Shown: positions 43,767 through 53,477, numbered from the stretch's first letter. The stretch is 64,000 nt of DNA from Cyclobacteriaceae bacterium (GCA_025055435.1 JANWWN010000012.1:212-64211); one strand, 5' to 3'. The notes: generated from the letters alone by a model not told the origin. Made by a program: numbers and translations.

Positions 43767-43817
43767 AGAACAAAAAGTTATGGTGTTTATGCAAAGGTAA
43801 CAAATAGACGCCAGAAG

Positions 43818-43944
43818 GTCGCTGCCTTCGACTCTGCTCAGGCAGCGATGTTTTAAAAGTTAGCTGGTCGTTGGCTTCAGTTCCGCTCAGGTAGTTATGG
43901 TTGAAAGTGTTTTAAAGTTGTCTGAGCGTAGCTGAAGACAACGC
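43818..43944. repeat. cluster of three REP-like palindromic units (core GTCGyTGSCTTC-N-GCTCAGG), two direct and one inverted
   Basis: Unit 1, 43818-43849: tcgctgcc pairs with ggcagcga. Unit 2, 43867-43891: gtcgttggcttcagttccgctcagg. Unit 3 (inverted), 43922-43944: ctgagcgtagctgaagacaacgc. The direct spacer motif gttttaaa(a)gtt occurs twice. Confidence 0.7.
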
Positions 43945-45551
43945 TACTTATCAGTCGGCTGTTGAAATACGTGCCGGGCATAGTTTACTTTCAATCTGTC
44001 CAGCAGGGGCCGGAGCTGTTGTAACCGGTTCAGAAAATCGTCATAATTTTTCTTTTCCTTAGGCGACCATACCACTTCGGCCAGGGCCAGAGCCCGTGGG
44101 TAAACCATGTATTCAACATGTTCAGGGGTTTTCATGTACTCCGTCCATACGTTACCCTGTGCTCCAAGAATAAATTTTTTTTCCGTCTCGGTTAAGGAAT
44201 CCGGTAAGGGTTCGTAGCTATACACTTCTTCAACGGGTGTAAAACCGCCAATGGCCAGTGGTTCGGTTTCGGCAGATGCCTGGTAATGGTCGAGGTAGCA
44301 CCAGTTACCGGGTGTCATGATAACCTGGTGCTGTTGTTTTGCGGCCGCTATACCGCCTTCTTCACCCCGCCAGCTCATTACCGTGGCGTTGGGCGCCAGT
44401 CCGCCTTCCAGTATTTCATCCCATCCGATAATCCGGCGTCCTTTGCTGTTCAGGTATTTTTCGATGCGTTGAATAAAGTAGCTCTGCAGTTCATGTTCGT
44501 CTTTCAGTTTTTCCTTTTTTATTCTTTGTTGACACAATCTGCATTGTTTCCATCGTGTTTTCGGGCACTCATCACCGCCAATGTGGATGTATGTGCCGGG
44601 AAATAAATTCATCACTTCGTCCAACACGTCCTGAAGGAAAATAAAAGTTTCATCTTTTCCTGCGCAATACACGTCATCAAAAACGCCCCATGTAGTAGCC
44701 ACGGTGTAGGGGCCACCGGTGCAGCCGAGGTTGGGATAAGCAGCCAGTGCGGCACGTGAATGCCCGGGCATTTCAATTTCCGGGACGATGGTTATGTAGC
44801 GTTCGGCTGCATACTGCACAATATCCCGGATTTCGTCCTGAGTATAAAAACCACCGTATCGCTTGCCGTCATATTTATTTGAATTACCGGCATGTCCTAC
44901 TATGGTTGAATCGCGCCAGGCAGCGACTTCCTGCAGTTTCGGATATTTTTTGATTTCAATTCGCCAGCCCTGATCTTCAGTTAGGTGCCAGTGAAATCGA
45001 TTAAACTTAAAACGTGCCATCAGATCAATGTAGCGTTTAATAAAATCAGGCGGAAAAAAATGACGTCCCACGTCAAGGTGTAACCCGCGATAAGCAAACC
45101 GGGGGAAATCGGTTATCTCCAGGCAGGGCAGATTTTTTCCGTTTGTAGCGATAAGCTGGAGCAGGGTTTGCATGCCGTAAAACAGGCCGGCTTCGGTTTG
45201 GGCTTCCAGTTTAACTCCCGTTGAATTGATGGTGAGTATGTAGCCTTCATCCGGTAAGATGATGGAGGGATTCAAGGAGAAGGAAATGTCAGCGTTTTTG
45301 TTTTTCAGTTTTGTTTTAAAACCAAGCTGTGCTGTGTAATTACTGAAAAGATTACCTATCGGCTGAAGTGCATCCGGAATACTAATGGTAACAGGTGATT
45401 TGAGGTGATAAATACCCGAATGCGTAGAGATGGAAACGGGCAGGGGAATGATGGTGTGATTTTTAGCGTTGTTTTCGGGTGCGGATGTGCAGGAATACAG
45501 GAACAAGCTTATCCCCATTGCGATTATCCGGATTAAATAGATTGCTTTCAT
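43944..45551 (-). CDS. beta-N-acetylhexosaminidase (GH20)
   Basis: 535 aa. Signal or lipoprotein N-terminus (LFLYSC). RGLHLDVGRHFF, FHWHLTEDQGWR, and the catalytic pair in IHIGGDECP. Confidence 0.92.
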   Translation of the reverse strand: MKAIYLIRIIAMGISLFLYSCTSAPENNAKNHTIIPLPVSISTHSGIYHLKSPVTISIPDALQPIGNLFSNYTAQLGFKTKLKNKNADISFSLNPSIILPDEGYILTINSTGVKLEAQTEAGLFYGMQTLLQLIATNGKNLPCLEITDFPRFAYRGLHLDVGRHFFPPDFIKRYIDLMARFKFNRFHWHLTEDQGWRIEIKKYPKLQEVAAWRDSTIVGHAGNSNKYDGKRYGGFYTQDEIRDIVQYAAERYITIVPEIEMPGHSRAALAAYPNLGCTGGPYTVATTWGVFDDVYCAGKDETFIFLQDVLDEVMNLFPGTYIHIGGDECPKTRWKQCRLCQQRIKKEKLKDEHELQSYFIQRIEKYLNSKGRRIIGWDEILEGGLAPNATVMSWRGEEGGIAAAKQQHQVIMTPGNWCYLDHYQASAETEPLAIGGFTPVEEVYSYEPLPDSLTETEKKFILGAQGNVWTEYMKTPEHVEYMVYPRALALAEVVWSPKEKKNYDDFLNRLQQLRPLLDRLKVNYARHVFQQPTDK

Positions 45552-45799
45552 CGGCAGGTATCTCTTTTCAGGTTAACAAAGGATTCTCAAATATGAAAAG
45601 TTGGCGGGGTAATGCCAAAGGCTATCTTTTTTAACCAGGTAAGGAAGGCTATCAGCGGATGGGTAAAATCAAACGATTTTTCCAGGCAATCTGTATACTG
45701 CTACGCTAAAAATTCCGTTAAGGAAAAAAGCAGGGAATGGTTTTGACGATCTTGAATTTTTAATTTCAAGTGCTTACATTTATCTGTCGTTAGGGTCAT

Positions 45800-46003
45800 A
45801 TGTTTACAAACACCCTGTTCATTACGAATTTAAAGTTTGTGTTAGATTCTGTTAACCAAAGCATGTCAACCGTAATGGCCGGTGTTGCCTTGCAAAAAAA
45901 TCCCTTCACAAAAAGAAATACCAAAAAATTGATTGAGTGGCACAAAAGCGGAAAGCCTTTGCCCGAATTTTATCTGAAAAGAATTCAACCCTTCCTGAAT
46001 TGA
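45800..46003 (+). CDS. hypothetical small protein (weak)
   Basis: 67-aa ORF whose stop shares one nt with the next ATG (TGATG at 46001-46005). No recognisable family. Confidence 0.3.
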   Translation: MFTNTLFITNLKFVLDSVNQSMSTVMAGVALQKNPFTKRNTKKLIEWHKSGKPLPEFYLKRIQPFLN

Positions 46004-46446
46004 TGTATATGAACAGAGGATTTTTCTTTATAGCGTTTTTTATTTCAGCCTTATTTCTTGGTGCGCAAGACCTTCCGTCTGATGTAAAGTTGTCCAAACA
46101 TGATCGCATCTGGCTGGCTGCTGATGACGACACAACAAGAGCTTTGGCTTTACTCTTTATCAAAAAAAGAAACGATCTCAATAAAACGCTTGTCGAGTCT
46201 TCTGTAGTCGGTATTACTTCGCTTGCTGCTTTTGCTTTCGGAGCTCTGATGCTGGAAAATAATAGTCATTCACCCGGTATAGCCGATGGTCATGCCTTTG
46301 GGGTTATCTTTGTTTTCGGTGGAGCAACCGGTATGCTGTGCTCCGGTGTTACATTAATACTCACGGCCTTGTTAAAGCGAGCTTACACCTTGAAAAAGTA
46401 CGAAAGCCTGTTGGCGGCTTACCGGGCTGGAATGTCTTTGCCGTGA
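46003..46446 (+). CDS. hypothetical membrane protein
   Basis: Start chosen at MYMNRGFFFIAFFISALFLGAQ (signal-like). Two further hydrophobic helices (VVGITSLAAFAFGALML, GVIFVFGGATGMLCSGVTLILTALL). Confidence 0.5.
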   Translation: MYMNRGFFFIAFFISALFLGAQDLPSDVKLSKHDRIWLAADDDTTRALALLFIKKRNDLNKTLVESSVVGITSLAAFAFGALMLENNSHSPGIADGHAFGVIFVFGGATGMLCSGVTLILTALLKRAYTLKKYESLLAAYRAGMSLP

Positions 46447-46517
46447 TTCTATAAAAAAAGGATACAACGATACCTTTAATCCTACTAAATTCCGATAATC
46501 GGTGCGAAAAGCTTCTT

Positions 46518-46793
46518 TTAAGAAAAAAACCGGATAACAGATACAGAGTTACCGTGATGATAAGGGAAACCGTAAGAGCGATTAATTTTTTTTTGTTCTT
46601 CCCGTTGACTTCGTTTCAGAGTGGCTAACAAATCTTTACGGTCTTTTTCACTGAGTGACTGGTGATCGGTTAGTTGCTCTGTTTTCGGGATTGACGTATT
46701 TTTTTCTGGCTTTCTCCTTAAATTCTTTTTTAAATCAAGGTTATACCGGATGGTATCGTTCATTTGTTTTAGGAAACCGCCTCCGGCCATCAT
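46518..46793 (-). CDS. hypothetical basic protein
   Basis: 91-aa ORF, 50 nt downstream of the giant adhesin gene on the same strand. Lys/Arg/Glu rich. No family recognised. Confidence 0.35.
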   Translation of the reverse strand: MMAGGGFLKQMNDTIRYNLDLKKNLRRKPEKNTSIPKTEQLTDHQSLSEKDRKDLLATLKRSQREEQKKINRSYGFPYHHGNSVSVIRFFS

Positions 46794-46843
46794 ATGCTCT
46801 TAGTTCTACGGGTTAGCTTTTTTAAAGCATCGGCTTTAGCCTC

Positions 46844-49800
46844 TTATCTTAACAATACCACGCCGCCACGTTGTTCTTTAATGCCGTCCTGCGGCCGGTA
46901 GGCGCTGCGATAACGCACCACGTAAGTGTACGTGCCGGCCGGTAGCAACTGGTTCGGATTGTTGTTGTAGCCACCGTTCCACCGGAAGTTCCTGTCGTTC
47001 GATCGGAATACAGGTCCGCCCCACCGGTCAAAAATCACCACTTCAAAACCAACATCATCCACAAAGAAGGTGAAGATATTGAATTCGCGGTTTTCGCCCA
47101 GGCTGCTTCCCGGCCGGAAGGCGGTGGGCGCAACAATTCGCGGATTGCACTCTTCGATTACTTCGGTCTGATCGGATGAAGGGCATCCGAAAACATTAAT
47201 CAAATCCACGCTGAAAACGCCCGGCTCGGTTACCCGTAAAGTTTGTCCGGTTTCTCCGGCCAGCAATACACCGCCCTGATACCACTGATAGCTTATGAAT
47301 CCGTTGCCGGCATTTAGCAGAATTTCGCGTGTGTTCGGATCCGGATTAGCCGGGTTGTTACAGATCAAAGCTTTCAGTGGTAACGAACCCGGTGTTATAG
47401 GGAACAGCACAATTTCCTGTTCAATAAATTCGGTGCAACCCGGAACGTTTCCTGTTAAGCGATATAACCCGGGAGTGGTGCGGGTAATGGATGCCGTGGT
47501 ACCTCCGGGAATATTCACTCCGTTAACCGACCACTGGAAAGAGGTGCCGGGCAGGTTACTGGTACCGGTTAATGTAAACTCCAAACCTTCACAAGGTGGT
47601 GTGGTCGTCATGGTGAGTTGCAGGTCGCCTGCAACAAAAACGGTTTTGGAACTGGAGCTGAACACGCAGCCCGACAGGCTGTTCCGCACCTCCACGCGAT
47701 AAGTTACGCCGTTGTCGGCAAGACCGGCCAATATACTTTGGCCACCGGGTATCAATACGCCATTGCGATACCACCGGAACGTGTACGAACCTGCCGGCGT
47801 AACCGATGCCGTAAGTGTAACCTGATTTTCGCAGGCATCGCTTTGATTGAAATCCGCAATAACATTGTTGTTGACAAACACGGTTACGGCCGTGTCCAGC
47901 GGACAAAAGCCGGCTTCGGTAACCCGCACCGTGTAGGTTTGATTGCCCTGTGGCGGTGTAGCCGTGATGGTTTGAAGGGTGCTTGAACCGGTGATGTTCG
48001 GACCGCTCCACGTCCAACCGGTTCCGCCCACCACACCAACGGTTATCGGATTAGAACAGGCATTAACTGTAAAACCGGTTACGTTTACGGTCGGATCCTG
48101 CGTGAAAGTTTGCGAAGGAGACACACTCACACATCCCCCGGCTGTCATCTCCACCACATACGTACCGCTGGGCACGCCAGTGGTATTAAAAGGAGAACCG
48201 GTTCCGCTACCGCTGGCCACAACAGTGTTGTTGGCAGTGTTAATAACGCGGTAGGTAAAGGGAAGGGCAGTTGTGTGGTTAACCCGCAGGATCAGCGGAT
48301 CGCAGTTGTTTTGCCGGATGACGGAAGTAATGTTAAATGCATTATCGCTGATGCCCACTACATCCACTGTGCTGCAACCCGAAACCTGATCGGTAACCGT
48401 AATTGCATAGGAACCTGCACCCAAACCGGTGAAGGGCGGCAGCACCGGTCCGGTAGGTCGGTCCGTACCCGACAACGATGTGGATGGACCGGTAACAATG
48501 TACGTAAACAAACCGGAAGCAGGTGCGTTGATGGTGAGTGCAATGTGGCCGGTTAATGTTCCGCAGGCAGTGGTGTTGGAGGCCACTGCTGTAAAAGCAG
48601 GTGATTGATTAAAAGTAAACGTTATGCTGTCGCGTACGCGGCAGGTGGTGATGGGATCGGTAACCTCCACTTTATATTCAAAGATGCCGGGGACAGAAGA
48701 ATCGACTGAGCGCGTTTGCGCAGTGCCCGCAGGCGCACCGTTGATGGTCCACTGATAAACCGAACCCGGATTTTGCGCATTGAGCGGAAATACCGGAGTG
48801 TTCTGACAAAGTGTTTGGTTCGGGCCCAGCTCAACCACAGGCCGGTTATCGGCAACCAATATGGAGCCCTGGGAGAAACAGCCATTGGTGCGGTTGGTAA
48901 TGGTAACACGGATTATGCTTTGCTGATTTACCACAATAGTGCGGGTAGTATCGCCCGTGCTCCAGTTAAAGGAAAGCTGAGGCAATTCCGGATTGGATGC
49001 AGGCAAAGCCTCCAGCGTGAGCGGTCCATTGCAAATAACAGGCTGGGGTACACCTGGCGGTAGGAATGTCGGGTTAGCCGGTGGCGGATAAATGGTGATG
49101 GTTTGAAATATGGTAGTGTCCAGCCCGCAACGGTTGGTAATGCGCAGTGCCACCGTATAATTTGTCGGAACGCCTACAGTAGGATAGGTATGCTCAACCT
49201 GTGCTTCCGATGATCCGAAGCCATCACCAAACGACCATTGAAAGCGATCGATGGGATCGGTACCAAATGCGAGAAATGTTGTGGGGGAACCTTCGCAAAA
49301 TCCCGTGATCTGCATGCCGGGCGGTTGCACCGGATTCCCGATTTGCTGAATGAAATTAGGTAAGCCCAACCGGCTTTGCGTGCCGCCTGCCAGTGCGAAC
49401 CCATTGACTATAATTCCGGATACAAGCGTAGTGTCCGGGTTGAAGTTAATCGTACCAAGGAAAGGTCGGTTGTTTACCGCTACGTAAAGCGTTCCGTCCG
49501 GACCTAACTGAATGGCACCCAGATCCTCGGGTATCGGTGCCAGTGCAGGTGTAATCTGTTTGATGCGACCCAGCGAATCAAAATAAAATTCAACCAGGGT
49601 CGATTGACCGGGTGTGATATTACGAATTGTAGCAAACAGCTTGTTCGAAGCAAATTCCACTCCGTAAAGCTGTCCCGACGGAGCACCGGTATAAGTCGGC
49701 ACTATGCTGCGGAAATTGGTAAGCACACCGGTCGAGTCAACAAAATCAAATACTTCAATTCCCGCTATTTCGTAGTTGGTCGGAGTTGTTTTCCGGCTCA

Positions 49801-52114
49801 ATCCAACCACCAGTCGGTTCAGTCCGCCCAGTTTCATATAGCCCTGGGCAAAGCCCTCATCGGTGATGGGGTAATCCGAACCAATGGCCGTTATTACGGG
49901 GTTGAGGATTCCAAACGGAGTAATGCGGTAAGCGCGGAACGAGTTGTTGCCGAATTCATGCGCAATAAGCCAGTTGGCATTGCCGGTGATGCGTTCAGTT
50001 GAACGGCTGAACAACAACTGGTTAACCTGAACCAAACCGCCATCACCTCCATTCAACTTGATGTCGTATAACGAATAGCGCAATTCGTAGGTGTTGGCAC
50101 CGTGAACTTCCTGTGTGGTAAATATGTAGTACAGGGTTTCATCGCCCGGTACGGGAATAATCAAAGCCGATTGGGTGGACCCGGGTTCACCGCCAATTCC
50201 CGGCGGAACGGGTATCAACACTTCATTATCGTTTCGGTCGTAAACCCGCTGGCCGTCTGTGCTGAGGATTACATTTCCGTTGCGGTCGCTGATTACAGAA
50301 ACGCCCTCCGGACTGTTGACAGGTCCGGTAATTGCTACACGGGGAATAACATTAAAATCTATTCCGGCATTCTGCCCGAAATACCAGATGTTAGCGCGTT
50401 GGTCCTGTTTGCCGTACTCACGGATATTTACGCCTGCATAGGCGGTGCATCCCGTTGCATCGGTAACCACCACATAGTAATAACCGGCAGAATCGGGTGT
50501 GAGGATTGGACCGGTATCGCCATTCGACCAAATGATGGATGTGGGTGTGCCACCCTGAAAAGAGACCCTCACACGGAAGTCATCGGCTGTATTGTTCGGA
50601 CAGGGCGGAATACCGTTGTTTACGGGCAATTCGCATTTACATGCTGTTGTGTCCTGTACCAGGTTCAGTTGCAGGTCAAATTGCGTGATGTTAACGGTGG
50701 CGGTGTAAGATGCATTTCTGCCATTCAGGTAAGCTGTTACCGTAACCGGGTAAGAGCCACCCGAGTTGTAAGTATGAATAGGACTCCACTGGGAGGCGCC
50801 GTTGCCATCTCCGAAATCCCATACCAGGCTGTCGGCTGATGGTGTTACGGTAGGATAGAAGGATACAGGAGTGTTAGAGCAATTACCAGACGAAGTGAAT
50901 GTTACTGACAGATTAAATGGTGCAGCCGGTGAAAATGCCGGAAACTGCCGGCCGTTAAAATTAGGATTGGAAGAAAAGGCAACCGGCTGGTAAGCTGTAC
51001 TTGCTGCCAGACTGTCGGGTTCATTGATGCGGCCCACCCGAAACGTGCCTGCAGATGATTCATACAAATGGTAAATCGTGGTGTCAGGTGCAAGTTGTAA
51101 ACCATAGCTCCGAAAAACAGAGGCAGGCAGTACGGGCGCCAGGGTGTTTAGCGGATTAAGCAGATCAAACTGCAAGACCTGCGCGTCAAGGCCCGAGTCA
51201 TTCAGGCGCGAGAAATAGAGAAATCGTCCGCCCGGGCTCCATTCGGCATCGTACAAAGCTCCGGGTGCTGTATGCGCTGAGTTGAAAACAAACTGGTTAA
51301 ACGAGAGCACGCCGGATGCATCATCAAAATCCAAAATGATGATGTTGCGGTTAGCCGTTTGCGGAACAACGGCCAGTCGGCCATTCCGAGAATCATAAGC
51401 AAAATTACCGGCCGATAAGTTCAGTCCGCCGGTCAGGCCGGTAAATGTGGTATGGGTAAAAACTCCGCCGGGTTGGATGTGCGTAACGGTGTAGTTGTCG
51501 GTATTGTTTTCGTGCGTGATGAGCCAATAGTCTGTGCCGTTATCGTGTGGAATGATAATCATTGCTTCCGATCGCGTGCCGGCAGGCAAGCCGATGGTTT
51601 GGTTCTTTGTGGTTACATCGCCTATGGGTGGGGCAGGGAAGGCAGCATTGCCGAAAGCAGACATATCCACTGTGCTTACTGTTACACTTCCCCCTGCAGG
51701 AAACGAAGCGGAATTGGTAAAGATATAGTACTGGTTAGTGGCGCCCGGAACCGGACAAATAACAACAGGCTGATTACCTGATGGGTTACCGGCCAGTCCG
51801 AAACCATTGGGCATTGGTGCATTGGTTACATCAAATACCTGAATGCTGTTTGTATAAAATAATACGTTGGCATTTGTAGCGTCCGATGCCACAGCGCTTC
51901 CACCGGCTCCCAAAGCATTGGGTTGCGTGGTGAGCGATGGCGTGTTGGTGGTGCGGTTGAACCGGATAACCTGTCCGGCCGTTCCGAAGTACCAGTTATG
52001 TCGGGATAAATCCTGTGCCGACAGCGTAAGGACTGAGCCCAACAACCATAAGGCTGATGCCAGGTATTGAATTTGTTGAAAGATATTTTTTTGCTCCTTC
52101 ATCTGCTCCAACAA
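46844..52114 (-). CDS. giant cell-surface protein with PKD/Ig-like repeats and a T9SS type-B (gliding-motility-associated, CHU_C-type) C-terminal sorting domain
   Basis: 1756 aa. Signal peptide ...ALWLLGSVLTLSAQ. PKD signatures VWDFGDGNGASQWSPIHTYNSGGSYPVTVTA and QWSFGDGFGSSEAQVEHTYPT...YTVALRITNRCG. Many Cys-framed Ig-like modules. C-terminus APTAFRPG...EFNIF...VVIFDRWGGPVFRS...FRWNGGYN...LPAGTYTYVV. Confidence 0.9.
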   Translation of the reverse strand: MLEQMKEQKNIFQQIQYLASALWLLGSVLTLSAQDLSRHNWYFGTAGQVIRFNRTTNTPSLTTQPNALGAGGSAVASDATNANVLFYTNSIQVFDVTNAPMPNGFGLAGNPSGNQPVVICPVPGATNQYYIFTNSASFPAGGSVTVSTVDMSAFGNAAFPAPPIGDVTTKNQTIGLPAGTRSEAMIIIPHDNGTDYWLITHENNTDNYTVTHIQPGGVFTHTTFTGLTGGLNLSAGNFAYDSRNGRLAVVPQTANRNIIILDFDDASGVLSFNQFVFNSAHTAPGALYDAEWSPGGRFLYFSRLNDSGLDAQVLQFDLLNPLNTLAPVLPASVFRSYGLQLAPDTTIYHLYESSAGTFRVGRINEPDSLAASTAYQPVAFSSNPNFNGRQFPAFSPAAPFNLSVTFTSSGNCSNTPVSFYPTVTPSADSLVWDFGDGNGASQWSPIHTYNSGGSYPVTVTAYLNGRNASYTATVNITQFDLQLNLVQDTTACKCELPVNNGIPPCPNNTADDFRVRVSFQGGTPTSIIWSNGDTGPILTPDSAGYYYVVVTDATGCTAYAGVNIREYGKQDQRANIWYFGQNAGIDFNVIPRVAITGPVNSPEGVSVISDRNGNVILSTDGQRVYDRNDNEVLIPVPPGIGGEPGSTQSALIIPVPGDETLYYIFTTQEVHGANTYELRYSLYDIKLNGGDGGLVQVNQLLFSRSTERITGNANWLIAHEFGNNSFRAYRITPFGILNPVITAIGSDYPITDEGFAQGYMKLGGLNRLVVGLSRKTTPTNYEIAGIEVFDFVDSTGVLTNFRSIVPTYTGAPSGQLYGVEFASNKLFATIRNITPGQSTLVEFYFDSLGRIKQITPALAPIPEDLGAIQLGPDGTLYVAVNNRPFLGTINFNPDTTLVSGIIVNGFALAGGTQSRLGLPNFIQQIGNPVQPPGMQITGFCEGSPTTFLAFGTDPIDRFQWSFGDGFGSSEAQVEHTYPTVGVPTNYTVALRITNRCGLDTTIFQTITIYPPPANPTFLPPGVPQPVICNGPLTLEALPASNPELPQLSFNWSTGDTTRTIVVNQQSIIRVTITNRTNGCFSQGSILVADNRPVVELGPNQTLCQNTPVFPLNAQNPGSVYQWTINGAPAGTAQTRSVDSSVPGIFEYKVEVTDPITTCRVRDSITFTFNQSPAFTAVASNTTACGTLTGHIALTINAPASGLFTYIVTGPSTSLSGTDRPTGPVLPPFTGLGAGSYAITVTDQVSGCSTVDVVGISDNAFNITSVIRQNNCDPLILRVNHTTALPFTYRVINTANNTVVASGSGTGSPFNTTGVPSGTYVVEMTAGGCVSVSPSQTFTQDPTVNVTGFTVNACSNPITVGVVGGTGWTWSGPNITGSSTLQTITATPPQGNQTYTVRVTEAGFCPLDTAVTVFVNNNVIADFNQSDACENQVTLTASVTPAGSYTFRWYRNGVLIPGGQSILAGLADNGVTYRVEVRNSLSGCVFSSSSKTVFVAGDLQLTMTTTPPCEGLEFTLTGTSNLPGTSFQWSVNGVNIPGGTTASITRTTPGLYRLTGNVPGCTEFIEQEIVLFPITPGSLPLKALICNNPANPDPNTREILLNAGNGFISYQWYQGGVLLAGETGQTLRVTEPGVFSVDLINVFGCPSSDQTEVIEECNPRIVAPTAFRPGSSLGENREFNIFTFFVDDVGFEVVIFDRWGGPVFRSNDRNFRWNGGYNNNPNQLLPAGTYTYVVRYRSAYRPQDGIKEQRGGVVLLR

Positions 52115-52241
52115 TCCGGTTAACGACCGCAGGTTGCTAAAGTATACAAATTGGCCAAAAATAACGTTACAGAATCTGTAAACCGTTGTTTTTGTGTAGT
52201 CCGTGTTTTATACCAACTTTAGAACGATTTATTTTGTTTGC

Positions 52242-53309
52242 ATGTCGCTGAACCGATTACAACTTTTTCGTGTGAGCCGGCTCTTAATCATAGCATTAAT
52301 GCTTTTTTCTGCTTTTGCGGTAACTGCACAGGATCCGCAGTTCAGCCAGTTTTATGCTGCTCCGCTCTACTTAAATCCTGCACTTACCGGTTCTACCGGT
52401 CAGGCACGTGCAGGCATCAATTACCGCAACCAATGGCCGGCTATTGATGCCAACTTTATAACGATGTCCGCTTTCTTTGATTATTTTATTGAGGATAAAA
52501 GCAGTGGCGTTGGGGTTATTTTGAATCGTGATGTGGAAGGTTTAGCCGGGCTGCGTTCTACATTTCTCGGACTGCAGTATTCCTACGAAATACAACTTTC
52601 CAAAAACCTGGGTTTCCGGCCTGGGGCCCAGGTGGCGCTGTATAACCGCGACATAAATTTTAACCGGCTAACGTTTGGCGACCAGTTTGATCCGGCAACC
52701 GGGGAAATTATCTCTCCGCAAACGGCCGAACAGTTTCGTACCAACTTCAGCAAAACGTTTGTTGACCTTTCCATAGGTGGTGTGTTCTTCACCCGTGTTG
52801 CCTATTTAGGTATAGCGGCCTTTCATCTGAATACGCCGAATCAATCCATCATCGATGAGCGAAGTCCGCTGCCGGTAAAATTATCCGTGCATGGAGGGTT
52901 TAAGTATTACATGCGGCCGGGTGTGAAGGGTTCGGGAATTTATGCCAGGGAAGCGGAACGCAGCCTGGCACCTGCCTTTCAGTTCCGGCATCAGGGGCAA
53001 TTCGACCAGATGGATTTAGGGTTATACTATACCGCCGAGCCTCTTGTGTTGGGCTTATGGTATCGGGGTGTGCCCTTCAAGCAGGTTAACGGGATAGTAA
53101 ATAATGAGTCGATTGTGTTGCTGGTAGGCTTTACCAATATCGGAGCCAAAGAGGCGTTGAACATCGGATACAGTTTTGACTATACCATTTCGCGACTGGG
53201 CGCTGGCAGTGGCGGAGCGCACGAGTTCAGCCTTACTTATACCTGGCCCATGCGCAATCCAAGAAAGCCGCCTAAGGATAAGCTCGTTATTCCGTGCCCG
53301 GATTTTTAA
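52242..53309 (+). CDS. PorP/SprF-family type IX secretion system membrane protein
   Basis: Signal peptide ending in AVTAQ, followed by DPQFSQFYAAPLYLNPALTG, the family hallmark. Beta-barrel-like remainder. Start chosen at ATG 52242. Confidence 0.9.
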   Translation: MSLNRLQLFRVSRLLIIALMLFSAFAVTAQDPQFSQFYAAPLYLNPALTGSTGQARAGINYRNQWPAIDANFITMSAFFDYFIEDKSSGVGVILNRDVEGLAGLRSTFLGLQYSYEIQLSKNLGFRPGAQVALYNRDINFNRLTFGDQFDPATGEIISPQTAEQFRTNFSKTFVDLSIGGVFFTRVAYLGIAAFHLNTPNQSIIDERSPLPVKLSVHGGFKYYMRPGVKGSGIYAREAERSLAPAFQFRHQGQFDQMDLGLYYTAEPLVLGLWYRGVPFKQVNGIVNNESIVLLVGFTNIGAKEALNIGYSFDYTISRLGAGSGGAHEFSLTYTWPMRNPRKPPKDKLVIPCPDF

Positions 53310-53347
53310 CATGACCCTGTGAATACACTGCCGACGGCTACGCATGG

Positions 53348-53433
53348 GCAAAGCAAAATTTGAATGCCATGTCGTTGCCTGAGCGCAGATGAAGGCAGCG
53401 ACAGGATGATTTACGGTTAACTTTTTGCTTTGC
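53348..53433. repeat. nested inverted repeat containing an inverted copy of the REP-like unit seen at 43818
   Basis: Outer arms: gcaaagcaaaa (53348-53358) pairs with ttttgctttgc (53423-53433). The inner palindrome gtcgttgcctgagcgcagatgaaggcagcgac (53371-53402) is the reverse complement of the unit at 43818-43849, with a few mismatches. Confidence 0.7.
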
Positions 53434-53477
53434 GAACCGGGCATGGGACAGCACTTCCCCCGTACCTTTGCACCATC

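Noticed and set aside
50102-50839. 245-aa plus-strand ORF inside the giant adhesin gene
   Set aside because: It is antisense to a continuous 1756-aa ORF that has a signal peptide, PKD motifs and a T9SS C-terminal domain. No independent support.
53342-53447. Heptamer gcatggg on both sides of the nested inverted repeat, as a target-site duplication
   Set aside because: The right copy is separated from the inverted-repeat arm by 7 nt. A 7-mer recurring within about 100 bp could be chance, so it is mentioned only as a caveat.
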